Origin: a virus
Taxonomy: Duplodnaviria; Caudoviricetes
IMG/VR virus record: IMGVR_UViG_3300037400_002732
Span: 110,808 to 174,807 of that record
DNA length: 64,000 nucleotides
Strand: one strand, 5' to 3'
Shown: piece after piece, positions 19,034-27,557 of the stretch
How the letters are laid out: each line of letters begins with the position of its first letter
How positions within the stretch are numbered: the first letter of the stretch is position 1
The notes under the pieces: generated by a model
Told to the model about the DNA's origin: nothing
Databases searched by the model: none
The model's input: the letters and a program-made list of their open reading frames with translations, nothing else
Position numbers and translations under genes: made by a program

Positions 19034-19477
19034 ATGATTAATCCGTTATTCTCTGTCCCTACGTTCAATCTCTTCGGCGTTGACCCGTTCGATCACGGCG
19101 AGTCCAATGTAGCAAATGGTTTCACCCAGTTGGTGAACGACTTGTCTGCGATGATAGATACGCCAACGCCGAATGCTGACGCACTAAAGTTCCGTAGGCC
19201 GAATGGCCGTGCCGAACGCACTCCGGAAGTGGATACGTTCTGGCTAGAATTGCCTGGATGTAAAAAGGAAGACCTCGACATTACTTACGAAAATGATGTC
19301 ATTACGGTTGTCGCAAAGCGCGTTGTCGGTCAAAAGGAAACAACGTTCAAGACGCCGATTGTCACCGACAAGGATGTCGCGAACGCCAAGCTTAACTATG
19401 AAGATGGCTTGTTGACCATCACGGTATATCCGAAGGCAAAAAAGGAACCCGAAGTGAAAAAGCTTGAGGTTCGATAG
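19034..19477 (+). CDS. Small heat shock protein (Hsp20/alpha-crystallin family)
   Basis: SD AAGGAG before ATG 19034; ELPGCKKEDLDI and AKLNYEDGLLTITVYPK. Confidence 0.9.
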   Translation: MINPLFSVPTFNLFGVDPFDHGESNVANGFTQLVNDLSAMIDTPTPNADALKFRRPNGRAERTPEVDTFWLELPGCKKEDLDITYENDVITVVAKRVVGQKETTFKTPIVTDKDVANAKLNYEDGLLTITVYPKAKKEPEVKKLEVR

Positions 19478-19516
19478 TAGAGATTCACTTAACCAAGGAA
19501 AAGTCAAAAGAAAACG

Positions 19517-19544
19517 AAAAGACCGCTGGAAGGCGGTCTTTTTT
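19517..19544. terminator. Bidirectional intrinsic terminator
   Basis: AAAAGACCGCT-GGAA-GGCGGTCTTTTTT between convergent genes. Confidence 0.85.
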
Positions 19545-19563
19545 GTCATGAATGAAATCTATT

Positions 19564-20292
19564 CTAATTGAGGTTGTCTGCTGGAGTAGCGATGTATGCT
19601 ACAACATCGTAGTTGTTTGTTCTATTGGATTTTCTTGCAAATGCAACGTGATCTGAGTCTTCGTCAATCCATTCTAGTCTTTCTTTAAACTCAGGGGAAG
19701 ACAGAGAAGCGGACTTAATTTTATGTATTTTGCTGGCAATCCATTCTCGACTCTCTTCTAGTGTATGTCCGCTGTCTGAGTGGACGTATGCTGAATTTTC
19801 GGTGAGACCGTGAGTACCATCTGCTCCGCAGAAGTCACGTAGACGCTGGATAGTTGCCATCACAGACTGTTGGTCGCCGTCATTGGTTATAATGTGAATT
19901 GTTGTCAATGCATAGTTTTCGTCTGTTGTATCAATCGGATTTCGGCCAAAGCTGAGACTTTCTAGTGTAACTTTGTTTGGGTTTTCCGAAAGCCAGTTGC
20001 GGTAGTAGTTGATGCTCCTACGGACGGATTGGAAGTTTTCCGTTCCGGCGGCCTTCATCGCTTCCATGGTGAGCGATTCTAGGAATACCTTCGGCTCGGT
20101 GTCGCCGCGCAGCTTTTCGAGTGCTTCGATCGACTCGAACTTTGCTTTGTCTGCATCGGACAGCGTTGGGTCGATATCATGGATAAGACCGAACGCCTTT
20201 ACGACGGCTTCCAGCTTTGCTGAGTTGTTCTCGTTTATGAGCTGACGAGTTTTGAAGATGAAATACTTTTCTGGTTCGGTAGCTTGACGCAT
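19564..20292 (-). CDS. Putative internal head protein with a cleavable N-terminal region
   Basis: ATG at 20292 with SD GGAG and a minus-strand late motif; KLEA, KFES, FLES, TMEA and TLES motifs. Confidence 0.6.
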   Translation of the reverse strand: MRQATEPEKYFIFKTRQLINENNSAKLEAVVKAFGLIHDIDPTLSDADKAKFESIEALEKLRGDTEPKVFLESLTMEAMKAAGTENFQSVRRSINYYRNWLSENPNKVTLESLSFGRNPIDTTDENYALTTIHIITNDGDQQSVMATIQRLRDFCGADGTHGLTENSAYVHSDSGHTLEESREWIASKIHKIKSASLSSPEFKERLEWIDEDSDHVAFARKSNRTNNYDVVAYIATPADNLN

Positions 20293-20317
20293 GGTATGGT
20301 CTCCGTATTCTGAATGC

Positions 20318-20325
20318 AGTTTATC
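20318..20325 (-). promoter_or_regulatory. Putative late promoter GATAAACT (divergent pair)
   Basis: AGTTTATC on the + strand, 26 nt before the minus-strand ATG. Confidence 0.7.
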
Positions 20326-20346
20326 GGTTTTAAAAATGGCTGCACA

Positions 20347-20354
20347 GATAAACT
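20347..20354 (+). promoter_or_regulatory. Putative late promoter GATAAACT (divergent pair)
   Basis: 21 nt before ATG 20375. Confidence 0.7.
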
Positions 20355-20374
20355 GACCATGTAGAGGATAACGC

Positions 20375-21973
20375 ATGACACCGTATTACTACGTTAGGGA
20401 AATTGAAAAGATTATGATCGCGATAATGGACGTGTTCAATAATCTAAGAGTCAAGAAATACAAGGATCTGAACCGCAAGGATGCAGACCGTACCGTAGCA
20501 GTGCCTATCGTTACGCATAATAGCAGCAATTTTACGAATCTCTGGGCATCTACGCAGACCCAGCAAGAACCTATGCCAGTACCCATTATTGGATTTCGGT
20601 TCACTGGGAACTCGCATGACGATGCCAACATGGTTCAGCCTTGCTACGCTCGCGAAATTCTTTCGCCGTCAATGCAGAAATTCATCCGCGACATCCAGCC
20701 GACTCCGCAATTATTCAAGTTTGAAATGACTGCGCTGTCGAACAATATTTCTGACTATTACCAGATCAAGGAAAACATTGAAGCCTACTTCAACAAGTAC
20801 CGTACAGTCCGAATAAAGGAGTTCGACTTTGCTCCAGAAATTGAACGTCCTATTCCGTTCAGCGTTACTTGGGCCGATTCAATCGAAGACGAGAAGGCGA
20901 ACGACAGTAAGGAATACCAGCTGTTCAAGACGACCTATACGATCGAAGCGCATGGCGTGTATCACCGTAGGTATGAAATTCCGGCTATCATCAAGTATGC
21001 ACAAATGAATTTTAATATCAACAACGAGTTGATAGATTCGCTGCAAGTATTTGTATATCCGGACGAGATTGCCCAGCAGAAGAAGCAGCTGTGGGAAACT
21101 ATCGAGCCGTCCATCAGAGAAGGCTGGTCGCTTTTGAAGACGTTCACTCGTACGCTTGTCCGTAAAGTTGATGAGGATGGCGACGAATACTGGAAGGATG
21201 AAACGCTGAAGCACTATGACTTGACGTACGTCGAACCTACTGAATACAACAAGGTAGGCAACCCCATTGCTGGTTATAACCCTACCATGAAGGGGTACAA
21301 GACCGACGCCGACGGCAATTACATCAAGGACAAGGATGGCGATCTCATTCCTATATACGACTGGGAAGAAGTCGTTGTCGGCGATGTCAACCGCCCAGTA
21401 GAGGTGCCGTCGTTTGATCTGCTGCATTTGAATTTTGACGAGGATTCCGATACGGAGCATGACTTTAGCGGAATGAATCGTGACTTTGTTGCGGTTAATT
21501 CTGCAGCTCGTGAATTTGTTCCGGACATGGCTCCAGGAAACGGTAGTTATGCACCAGACGGCTATGCGGCTGGTACTGACTGGTCGCAAATCCTTAACTG
21601 GTTCGGCGACAACAAGGATGGAAAGATTGAGTCATCGTACACATTCAAGGCGACGTTGCAGTTCAAGCGTCCGAATGTCGATACGGTGTTCCAGTATTTA
21701 TACAATCCGAAGTCGGTTACGCTCAGCGACGGAACTGTCATTCCGGCAGAAGCTGTATGGTTTGACTGGGGTATTCAAGACAATAGGCTTTATTTTACCT
21801 ACCATACCACTACGCAATATAGGCGTTTCGTCAGCGCGAAGACAGTCTTCGATGACAAGACGATCTATTCGATTTACTTCGTTCTGTACAATGAAGGACA
21901 GAACGGCGCGTTCGGTATTCGTACAAACTTCTCCGATACCATGATTGCGTTGGAGACAAAGGAAGCTAAATGA
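20375..21973 (+). CDS. gp15: Tail terminator / sheath stabiliser (T4 gp15-like) with a long C-terminal extension
   Basis: YYYVREIEKIMIAIMDVFNNL...VAVPI, P-x-x-F-x-F and QIKENIEAYF match the gp15 N-terminal domain. Confidence 0.75.
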   Translation: MTPYYYVREIEKIMIAIMDVFNNLRVKKYKDLNRKDADRTVAVPIVTHNSSNFTNLWASTQTQQEPMPVPIIGFRFTGNSHDDANMVQPCYAREILSPSMQKFIRDIQPTPQLFKFEMTALSNNISDYYQIKENIEAYFNKYRTVRIKEFDFAPEIERPIPFSVTWADSIEDEKANDSKEYQLFKTTYTIEAHGVYHRRYEIPAIIKYAQMNFNINNELIDSLQVFVYPDEIAQQKKQLWETIEPSIREGWSLLKTFTRTLVRKVDEDGDEYWKDETLKHYDLTYVEPTEYNKVGNPIAGYNPTMKGYKTDADGNYIKDKDGDLIPIYDWEEVVVGDVNRPVEVPSFDLLHLNFDEDSDTEHDFSGMNRDFVAVNSAAREFVPDMAPGNGSYAPDGYAAGTDWSQILNWFGDNKDGKIESSYTFKATLQFKRPNVDTVFQYLYNPKSVTLSDGTVIPAEAVWFDWGIQDNRLYFTYHTTTQYRRFVSAKTVFDDKTIYSIYFVLYNEGQNGAFGIRTNFSDTMIALETKEAK

Positions 21974-22299
21974 TAGACTTTGACGCGATGCTGAGAAAGA
22001 AGGAGGCGGAGCACAAGGCTTCTTTGAACCAGAACCCAGCAGAAATGCCTCACGCCAACATTTCCATTCCCAAGATGGACGCTATAAAGAATTTCTTCGA
22101 AGACCGAGAATATGACGGTAAGCCGGTAAAGATTGACGGAATTCCGAGCATGGCGGCGGTCAACAAGATGATTCGTGAAGAGCAGAACGAAGAGTTCATG
22201 CATCGCGACGATAAGCTTCAAACATTCCACTTTGTTAAAGAAACTAACAACCAGCATCCCTACGATGCGTATTTCCAAAGGAAAAGAGAAAATGATTGA
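21970..22299 (+). CDS. Hypothetical protein
   Basis: ATGA overlap with the upstream gene. Confidence 0.7.
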   Translation: MIDFDAMLRKKEAEHKASLNQNPAEMPHANISIPKMDAIKNFFEDREYDGKPVKIDGIPSMAAVNKMIREEQNEEFMHRDDKLQTFHFVKETNNQHPYDAYFQRKREND

Positions 22300-22939
22300 T
22301 TTGGTCAGTAGACTGAAAGTCACACGCGCTACGACTTGCGCACCAGCACCCGCACCGAAGGAAGTCGTCAAAGCACCTTCGGTAGTTAAAATCCCGGCTC
22401 CGACTGTAGCCAAGGTTGCACCGATCGTGCCAGACGCAAGTGCTGGTCACAAGATCTGCTACTCCAAGTCTCGTGACGAGGCGTTGATCAATGCGGCTGT
22501 GGCCCACAAGCTTGCCGAGGCTACCCATTGTGACGAACGCCAGTTCAACGAGACGGTTCTTGCCGCGCTCAGGAACGAGTATCAGCAGTGGCTTATTGAC
22601 AATGCCGATTTGTTCAACGACGCAGAACCGTTGTTCTTTACGCCGAAGCCGCTTGGCGTTGGTGGCGAGATCGACAATGACCCGGTTCCGCCGTCCGCAC
22701 CGATTCCGATGGTCAACGGAATTTCTGTCGGCGAGGAAGCTGGCGACACGCTTGTAGTGACTGCTCCGACTCCCAAGAAGAAGAGCTCACGCAAGAAGAA
22801 GACCGAGGAGGCCCCAGTAGTCGAAGCTCCGGCTGAGGAAACCGTTACAGCTAGTGAACCGACTGTAGTGGAGGCCGCCGAAGAAACAGCTGTCTCCGAT
22901 CCGCTTGGTACGCTGCTCGGTGAACCGTCCGAAACGTAA
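22292..22939 (+). CDS. Hypothetical Pro/Ala/Glu-rich protein
   Basis: ATG 22292 overlaps the end of the previous gene; typical codon usage. Confidence 0.65.
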   Translation: MIDLVSRLKVTRATTCAPAPAPKEVVKAPSVVKIPAPTVAKVAPIVPDASAGHKICYSKSRDEALINAAVAHKLAEATHCDERQFNETVLAALRNEYQQWLIDNADLFNDAEPLFFTPKPLGVGGEIDNDPVPPSAPIPMVNGISVGEEAGDTLVVTAPTPKKKSSRKKKTEEAPVVEAPAEETVTASEPTVVEAAEETAVSDPLGTLLGEPSET

Positions 22940-23039
22940 ATTTCCGTTTACCTAAAATGTAAACAAAAGCTGACTTGTGACCCAAGTCAGCCTTTCTTGT
23001 ACTAGATAAGCTATATTATGACTGTAGAGGGGAATCGAA

Positions 23040-23267
23040 ATGGACTTGAAGGAATACAACATGCGCCAGATCGACGAGATTGAGAAGCACAAGTGGATCG
23101 AGTCTGAAAAGGCTGGACATGACTTGGGCGAGGCTGCTCGTATTGACTGGGTCAAGAAATATGCGGCCAAGTTTCGAGAAGAGAACCCGCTAGATGAGCC
23201 AACTGATAAACTGCCTACAGAAAATGAACTGAAGGCAGATAATGGCGTTTCAACAGATATTCATTGA
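23040..23267 (+). CDS. DUF4032-like small protein
   Basis: EIEKHKWIESEKAGHDLG...DW motif; SD GAGGGG; ATAAGCTATATT -10-like element at 23006-23017. Confidence 0.65.
   Translation: MDLKEYNMRQIDEIEKHKWIESEKAGHDLGEAARIDWVKKYAAKFREENPLDEPTDKLPTENELKADNGVSTDIH
23205..23212 (+). promoter_or_regulatory. Putative late promoter GATAAACT, inside the upstream ORF
   Basis: ACTGATAAACTG 30 nt before ATG 23242. Confidence 0.65.
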
Positions 23268-23739
23268 ATCACTGAATAATATTTGCGGTTCCAAGGCTGG
23301 CCTCGTGGCCGCTTCATTTGCTCCGCAGATGGAAGCTGCTGATGGTCAAGGATCTGGTTACGAGACCTTGAAGGAACTTGCTGTATGGCTTCTTGTCGAG
23401 AGCAATGTCCTTAATCAGCTACACTGGAATACCGACAAGAATTTAAAGCACGAATTGCTCAGCGAAGCTTACGAGCTTTGTCGCGATACTGGCGACAAGC
23501 TTGCCGAGACCTATATCGCATTAACTGGAAAGCCGTGCGACAAGGAATTTCCGAAGGCGAGCTCCGGAGCCTCCTTGAAGGATTCCGACACTCTTGCATT
23601 GCTCAAGAAAATCAATGAACACATGAACGATGCTTGCGCCAAGAATGACAAGTTCAGTGAAGGTGTGAAGAATATTTTCGCCGATTTCGACGAAAGTCTG
23701 ACGACGATCATCTACAAGTACACTCAGTTCAGCGCGTAA
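23242..23739 (+). CDS. Ferritin/Dps-like four-helix protein
   Basis: LHWNT...HELLSEAYE...DKLAETY resembles the Dps HW-x-H...D-x-x-AE pattern. Confidence 0.7.
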   Translation: MAFQQIFIESLNNICGSKAGLVAASFAPQMEAADGQGSGYETLKELAVWLLVESNVLNQLHWNTDKNLKHELLSEAYELCRDTGDKLAETYIALTGKPCDKEFPKASSGASLKDSDTLALLKKINEHMNDACAKNDKFSEGVKNIFADFDESLTTIIYKYTQFSA

Positions 23740-23748
23740 GGATATCCG

Positions 23749-24501
23749 ATGGAACTAATTACTACAGATGATATGGTCGAATATGTCAAGAGTAGGATGG
23801 GCTGGCCCGTTACCGAAATTGAAATGGTTGTCGAGGAGCGCGGCGGTCTCGGCCATATCCACATGGCTATCAAGGACACTCTCGACTGGTTTTACCGTAT
23901 CAACATGGATGAGGCTTCGTACAAGGACATCATGAAGATTAACCTTCGTGCTGGCATTATCCAGTATAGAGTTCCGGACGAAATCATGGAAGTTGTCGAT
24001 GTGCAGCCGTCTTACGGTAACACCTTCTCGCCCATGATGGCATGGGACGTAGGCCCCGGCGAATCGCTCATGGGTGTAGGCGGTGCTGGTCTGGGTGGCC
24101 TCGGCCAGTTCGATCTTGTCACTTATGCTGGCGCAATCCGTTACCTTAATGACGTGAAGAAGCTCGTGGGAACCCAGTACAGCATCAAGCTGCATCCGGT
24201 TGACCACATCTTGCGTGTTTACCCTACGCCGAAGTCCGATAGGGTTGCCATGGCTACGGTCTACGTGAAAGCAAAGAAGTACGAAGTATTTGCCAATCCG
24301 CTGTTCCGCGACATGGTTGTTGCTCGTGCAGAAATGCAGCTGGGCAAGATTCTCAAGAAGGACGACATTACGTTGCCCGGTGGCGCGAAGGTGAACGGCC
24401 AGCAGATATACAGCGATGCCAAGGAAGACTGGAAGGAACTGATGCAAGAACTTAAGGATCAGTCCGCACAGCCTTTCATGATGACTGACTTGAATAGCTA
24501 G
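23749..24501 (+). CDS. gp13: Neck protein (T4 gp13-like)
   Basis: YVKSRMGWPVTEIE and LGKILKK...LPGGAKVNGQQIYSDAKE. Confidence 0.88.
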   Translation: MELITTDDMVEYVKSRMGWPVTEIEMVVEERGGLGHIHMAIKDTLDWFYRINMDEASYKDIMKINLRAGIIQYRVPDEIMEVVDVQPSYGNTFSPMMAWDVGPGESLMGVGGAGLGGLGQFDLVTYAGAIRYLNDVKKLVGTQYSIKLHPVDHILRVYPTPKSDRVAMATVYVKAKKYEVFANPLFRDMVVARAEMQLGKILKKDDITLPGGAKVNGQQIYSDAKEDWKELMQELKDQSAQPFMMTDLNS

Positions 24502-24530
24502 TTGCCAAACCCATACACGTTTGCTATATT
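24502..24530 (+). promoter_or_regulatory. Sigma70-type (early) promoter TTGCCA-N17-TATATT
   Basis: Exact 17-bp spacer; same hexamers as at 54680-54708. Confidence 0.7.
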
Positions 24531-24560
24531 GAATCTCGTCTATTAAGGCGGGATTCTTTT
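24531..24560 (+). terminator. Intrinsic terminator of the gp13 transcript
   Basis: GAATCTCGTCT-ATTA-AGGCGGGATTC-TTTT. Confidence 0.7.
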
Positions 24561-24680
24561 ATGTTGGCAAAAATTGGTAAAATTCTATGGAAGGCGCAGT
24601 ACGTGGTGTACGCAGGGATTGTCGTCGCTATCGTGAAACGCATGGTTACAAAAATCAAGAAGGAAATCGACTCGGTATAA
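24561..24680 (+). CDS. Small putative membrane peptide (39 aa), absent from the ORF track
   Basis: MLAKIGKILWKAQYVVYAGIVVAIVKRMVTKIKKEIDSV; ends 2 nt before the ATPase ATG. Confidence 0.5.
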   Translation: MLAKIGKILWKAQYVVYAGIVVAIVKRMVTKIKKEIDSV

Positions 24681-24682
24681 TT

Positions 24683-26455
24683 ATGCTTGATTTGATTACG
24701 AATAATTTCGGATTACTAACTCGTGACGAGGCGCGTAATGTCGTTGGGCGCATTGGCCGAGTATCTATCAATGAAAAGGACGACAAGGACTCAATCGATA
24801 CTTTCCGCGAACTTACTAGGACTATCGAAGAACTTATCGAAAATCTTCCGTCCATCACGATTCCGTCTACGATTGTCGGCAAGACTAAGTTTGAAGGCTT
24901 CAAGGAAATCTGCAAGCTGTACAAGAAGCAGAACTTGAACAAAGTGTTCTTGCTGTCTTGTACGATGATGAACTTGATCGCTCGTCACAGCGGCGCAAAG
25001 GAACTGTCCAAGGTCGCTGGCTTCATGCAGAACTGCTTGGCCCTATATTCTATCGGCGATAGCCTCTGCTCTCACATTTCGTTCAACTGGGATTATGCCG
25101 ACACGATGTACATCATCGCCAACGGCGACCTTCCTGGCGGAACTGGCATTACGATGGCCCAGTATCGCGAAATTGGTGCGAAGTACGAAAAGGCTAACTA
25201 CGAAGGAATCACCCTTACCAATTCCAGCATTTTTGTATTGGCCAACATGGTTGCTAAAGGAAATGAACAGACGTGGTTCTCTTCCGCAGACCAGAAGGAA
25301 CATCACATTGCTACTGGCCGAACCAATGTGAAGGACGTCGCCCGCCAGTGGGTGAAGAACGACGATAACAGTGAAAGCTATGAACTCCGTTATACTTTTA
25401 CTGACGATGCCCTTACTGCCGGAAAACCGAGCAATGCCGTGTTTGAACTGATGTTCGACGATGTACAGCTTTATGTCGTGCAGTCGGTCAACTCGTTTGC
25501 TGACGAAGAAAATGCCAATGTGACCCAGTTCGAGCCGAACCGTGAAATCCGTTACTTCTGGATTCCGAAGGCTGGCGTAGTGCTGACTACCAAGGAAGTC
25601 AATGAACTTAACGAAAATATTCAGCAGTACTTGAACATGCTCTTCGTGAACAACATTGACACACAGCGTTTCATGTTCACGTTCGACGAAAATGGCGAAA
25701 TCGTGGAAATCGTCCGTCCGAAGGCTATTCCGGAGCATTTCGTTTCGAACAAGATTCCGGACATCATCAACGGTATCAAGATCCTTCATGACAAGAAGTT
25801 GTCCAGAAGCTATGCACTTGTCGGCCAAGCCGGTACTGGTAAGACGATTGGTGCGCAGCAGATCTCCAACTCGTTCATGGATGTCTGCACGTTCAAGATT
25901 ACGAAGACCGTGATTGAGAATGAGGATATTCGCAAGCACATGCTCGAATACATCCGCGCAATCAAGCGTTGCATCATTATTTTGGACGATATGGATCGCA
26001 GCAACTTGTCTGAAAAGAACGACTCAGTGTGCGCCTACTTGAACTTCTTCGACGACCTTAATTTGGCTGCAAAGAACGACCAAGTGTCCTATGTCTTCGT
26101 GGCTACGATTAACGATCCTAACAAGATCAACAAGGTCATCATGCAGCGTAGCGGACGTATCGACGAAATGGTCGAAATCGGTTACCCCGACACTGAGGCG
26201 ATGCGTTACTTGTTCCATTACAATGACATGGAAAACAACGCGGATCATCTGGCTGACTTTAACGATCCTAGTTTCGATGCTGCGTTCAAGGAAGCTATCG
26301 ACGTGCATATCACGGCGGCGGATGTCAAGAATATCTTTACTGATATGATTATCTACGGCGATCCGGGTCAGAAGGTTACGCCAGAGGCCATCCATAACGC
26401 AATCGCTCGCGTCAAGGATCGAAACGAAAAGGCTGGCCGTAATTACTTGGATTAG
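24683..26455 (+). CDS. AAA+ family ATPase
   Basis: Walker A GQAGTGKT, Walker B IIILDDMD, ATIN sensor-1 and QRSGRID second region of homology; start could be 24587. Confidence 0.88.
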   Translation: MLDLITNNFGLLTRDEARNVVGRIGRVSINEKDDKDSIDTFRELTRTIEELIENLPSITIPSTIVGKTKFEGFKEICKLYKKQNLNKVFLLSCTMMNLIARHSGAKELSKVAGFMQNCLALYSIGDSLCSHISFNWDYADTMYIIANGDLPGGTGITMAQYREIGAKYEKANYEGITLTNSSIFVLANMVAKGNEQTWFSSADQKEHHIATGRTNVKDVARQWVKNDDNSESYELRYTFTDDALTAGKPSNAVFELMFDDVQLYVVQSVNSFADEENANVTQFEPNREIRYFWIPKAGVVLTTKEVNELNENIQQYLNMLFVNNIDTQRFMFTFDENGEIVEIVRPKAIPEHFVSNKIPDIINGIKILHDKKLSRSYALVGQAGTGKTIGAQQISNSFMDVCTFKITKTVIENEDIRKHMLEYIRAIKRCIIILDDMDRSNLSEKNDSVCAYLNFFDDLNLAAKNDQVSYVFVATINDPNKINKVIMQRSGRIDEMVEIGYPDTEAMRYLFHYNDMENNADHLADFNDPSFDAAFKEAIDVHITAADVKNIFTDMIIYGDPGQKVTPEAIHNAIARVKDRNEKAGRNYLD

Positions 26456-27475
26456 TTACCACTGGCCAAGAAGGTTGCCGCAAGCATAGTAGCTCGGATC
26501 GTTGGTGATGTCCTTGACACAAGGGTCAACTTCCGGCGGTCTGAACAACACGTCCTTCTTGAGTTCGTCGATGGTTTTGGAAACGTCCAGAGAATAACCG
26601 TTCTCTGGCGTTTTTGCATTTGGATCTTCTGCGTCGGTCGAATTGCCTAGCGTATTGCGACCAAGCAACATGTCGATAAAGTGTTCTTGGTTCGGATCGT
26701 TGATTACTTCCTCGCTGACCTTCTTGCCATCGTCGATTGCGACTTCCAAGAATGCCTTCCAATAATATTTGCGCCACTTGTACTCGTAGTCGGGTACGTC
26801 GTCTGTAATGGACGTGATTGTGTATAGCTTGTTGTCGTATTCAGGCTTTACCAAGTCGCCAGCCTTCGGAAAGATCTGGGCAGCCGAGTAGCCGTGGTAA
26901 TTGAATTTCTCGTATCCTCTCTGCCACCAGATAGGATTGTGCGCCTTCTCGTCGGTGCTGCAGAGAGGTTTGACGCCGTGCTCTCGGAGCGAACGGTAGT
27001 TGCATTCCAAGAACAAGCTCATGGGGAAGAATACTTCGGTCTTTGCCGTGTATTGTATGCCGAAACGAGCGTACAGTTCGTTCTGCGGCGTAAAGGTAAT
27101 CGAGCCCTTCATATCGAACATGCGGTCGATATTTCTGCTGTTGTCTTCGTGGAACAGCGGGTCTGCCTTGGTATCGTATGTCGTCGTGTAGTACTTGAAC
27201 GTAGTGCCTTGTCTCTTCATTTGTGCGTTGATCACGATATCGTACTTCTCGTGGTCATGGAACGAGTTTTCGGCACGGAAGTATTTGCTCATGCCGAGAC
27301 GTGTGTCGTGTTCGAAATCCGGATGGTTGATCTGGGATTTTTCGGAACGCTCGACAAAACCGCCCAGACGGTCATTCCACAATGGTCTGGAAACGGAAGC
27401 TAGGACGCTGAAGTTCTGGACGACCATGTTGGACGCACGAACATTTCCGGCAAGATGTAGCTTAAAATTTGGCAT
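26456..27475 (-). CDS. gp14: Head completion / neck protein (T4 gp14-like)
   Basis: QGTTFKYY...DPLFHED...FGIQ...PKAGDLV matches the gp14 pattern. Confidence 0.7.
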   Translation of the reverse strand: MPNFKLHLAGNVRASNMVVQNFSVLASVSRPLWNDRLGGFVERSEKSQINHPDFEHDTRLGMSKYFRAENSFHDHEKYDIVINAQMKRQGTTFKYYTTTYDTKADPLFHEDNSRNIDRMFDMKGSITFTPQNELYARFGIQYTAKTEVFFPMSLFLECNYRSLREHGVKPLCSTDEKAHNPIWWQRGYEKFNYHGYSAAQIFPKAGDLVKPEYDNKLYTITSITDDVPDYEYKWRKYYWKAFLEVAIDDGKKVSEEVINDPNQEHFIDMLLGRNTLGNSTDAEDPNAKTPENGYSLDVSKTIDELKKDVLFRPPEVDPCVKDITNDPSYYACGNLLGQW

Positions 27476-27492
27476 TCGATACCTCGAACATC

Positions 27493-27500
27493 AGTTTATC
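27493..27500 (-). promoter_or_regulatory. Putative late promoter GATAAACT (divergent pair)
   Basis: 18 nt before the minus-strand ATG 27475. Confidence 0.7.
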
Positions 27501-27523
27501 ATGTCGTCCAGCCGCTGAGAACT

Positions 27524-27531
27524 GATAAACT
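27524..27531 (+). promoter_or_regulatory. Putative late promoter GATAAACT (divergent pair)
   Basis: 27 nt before ATG 27558. Confidence 0.7.
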
Positions 27532-27557
27532 GCATACGACTTATTGGATCGGATAAT

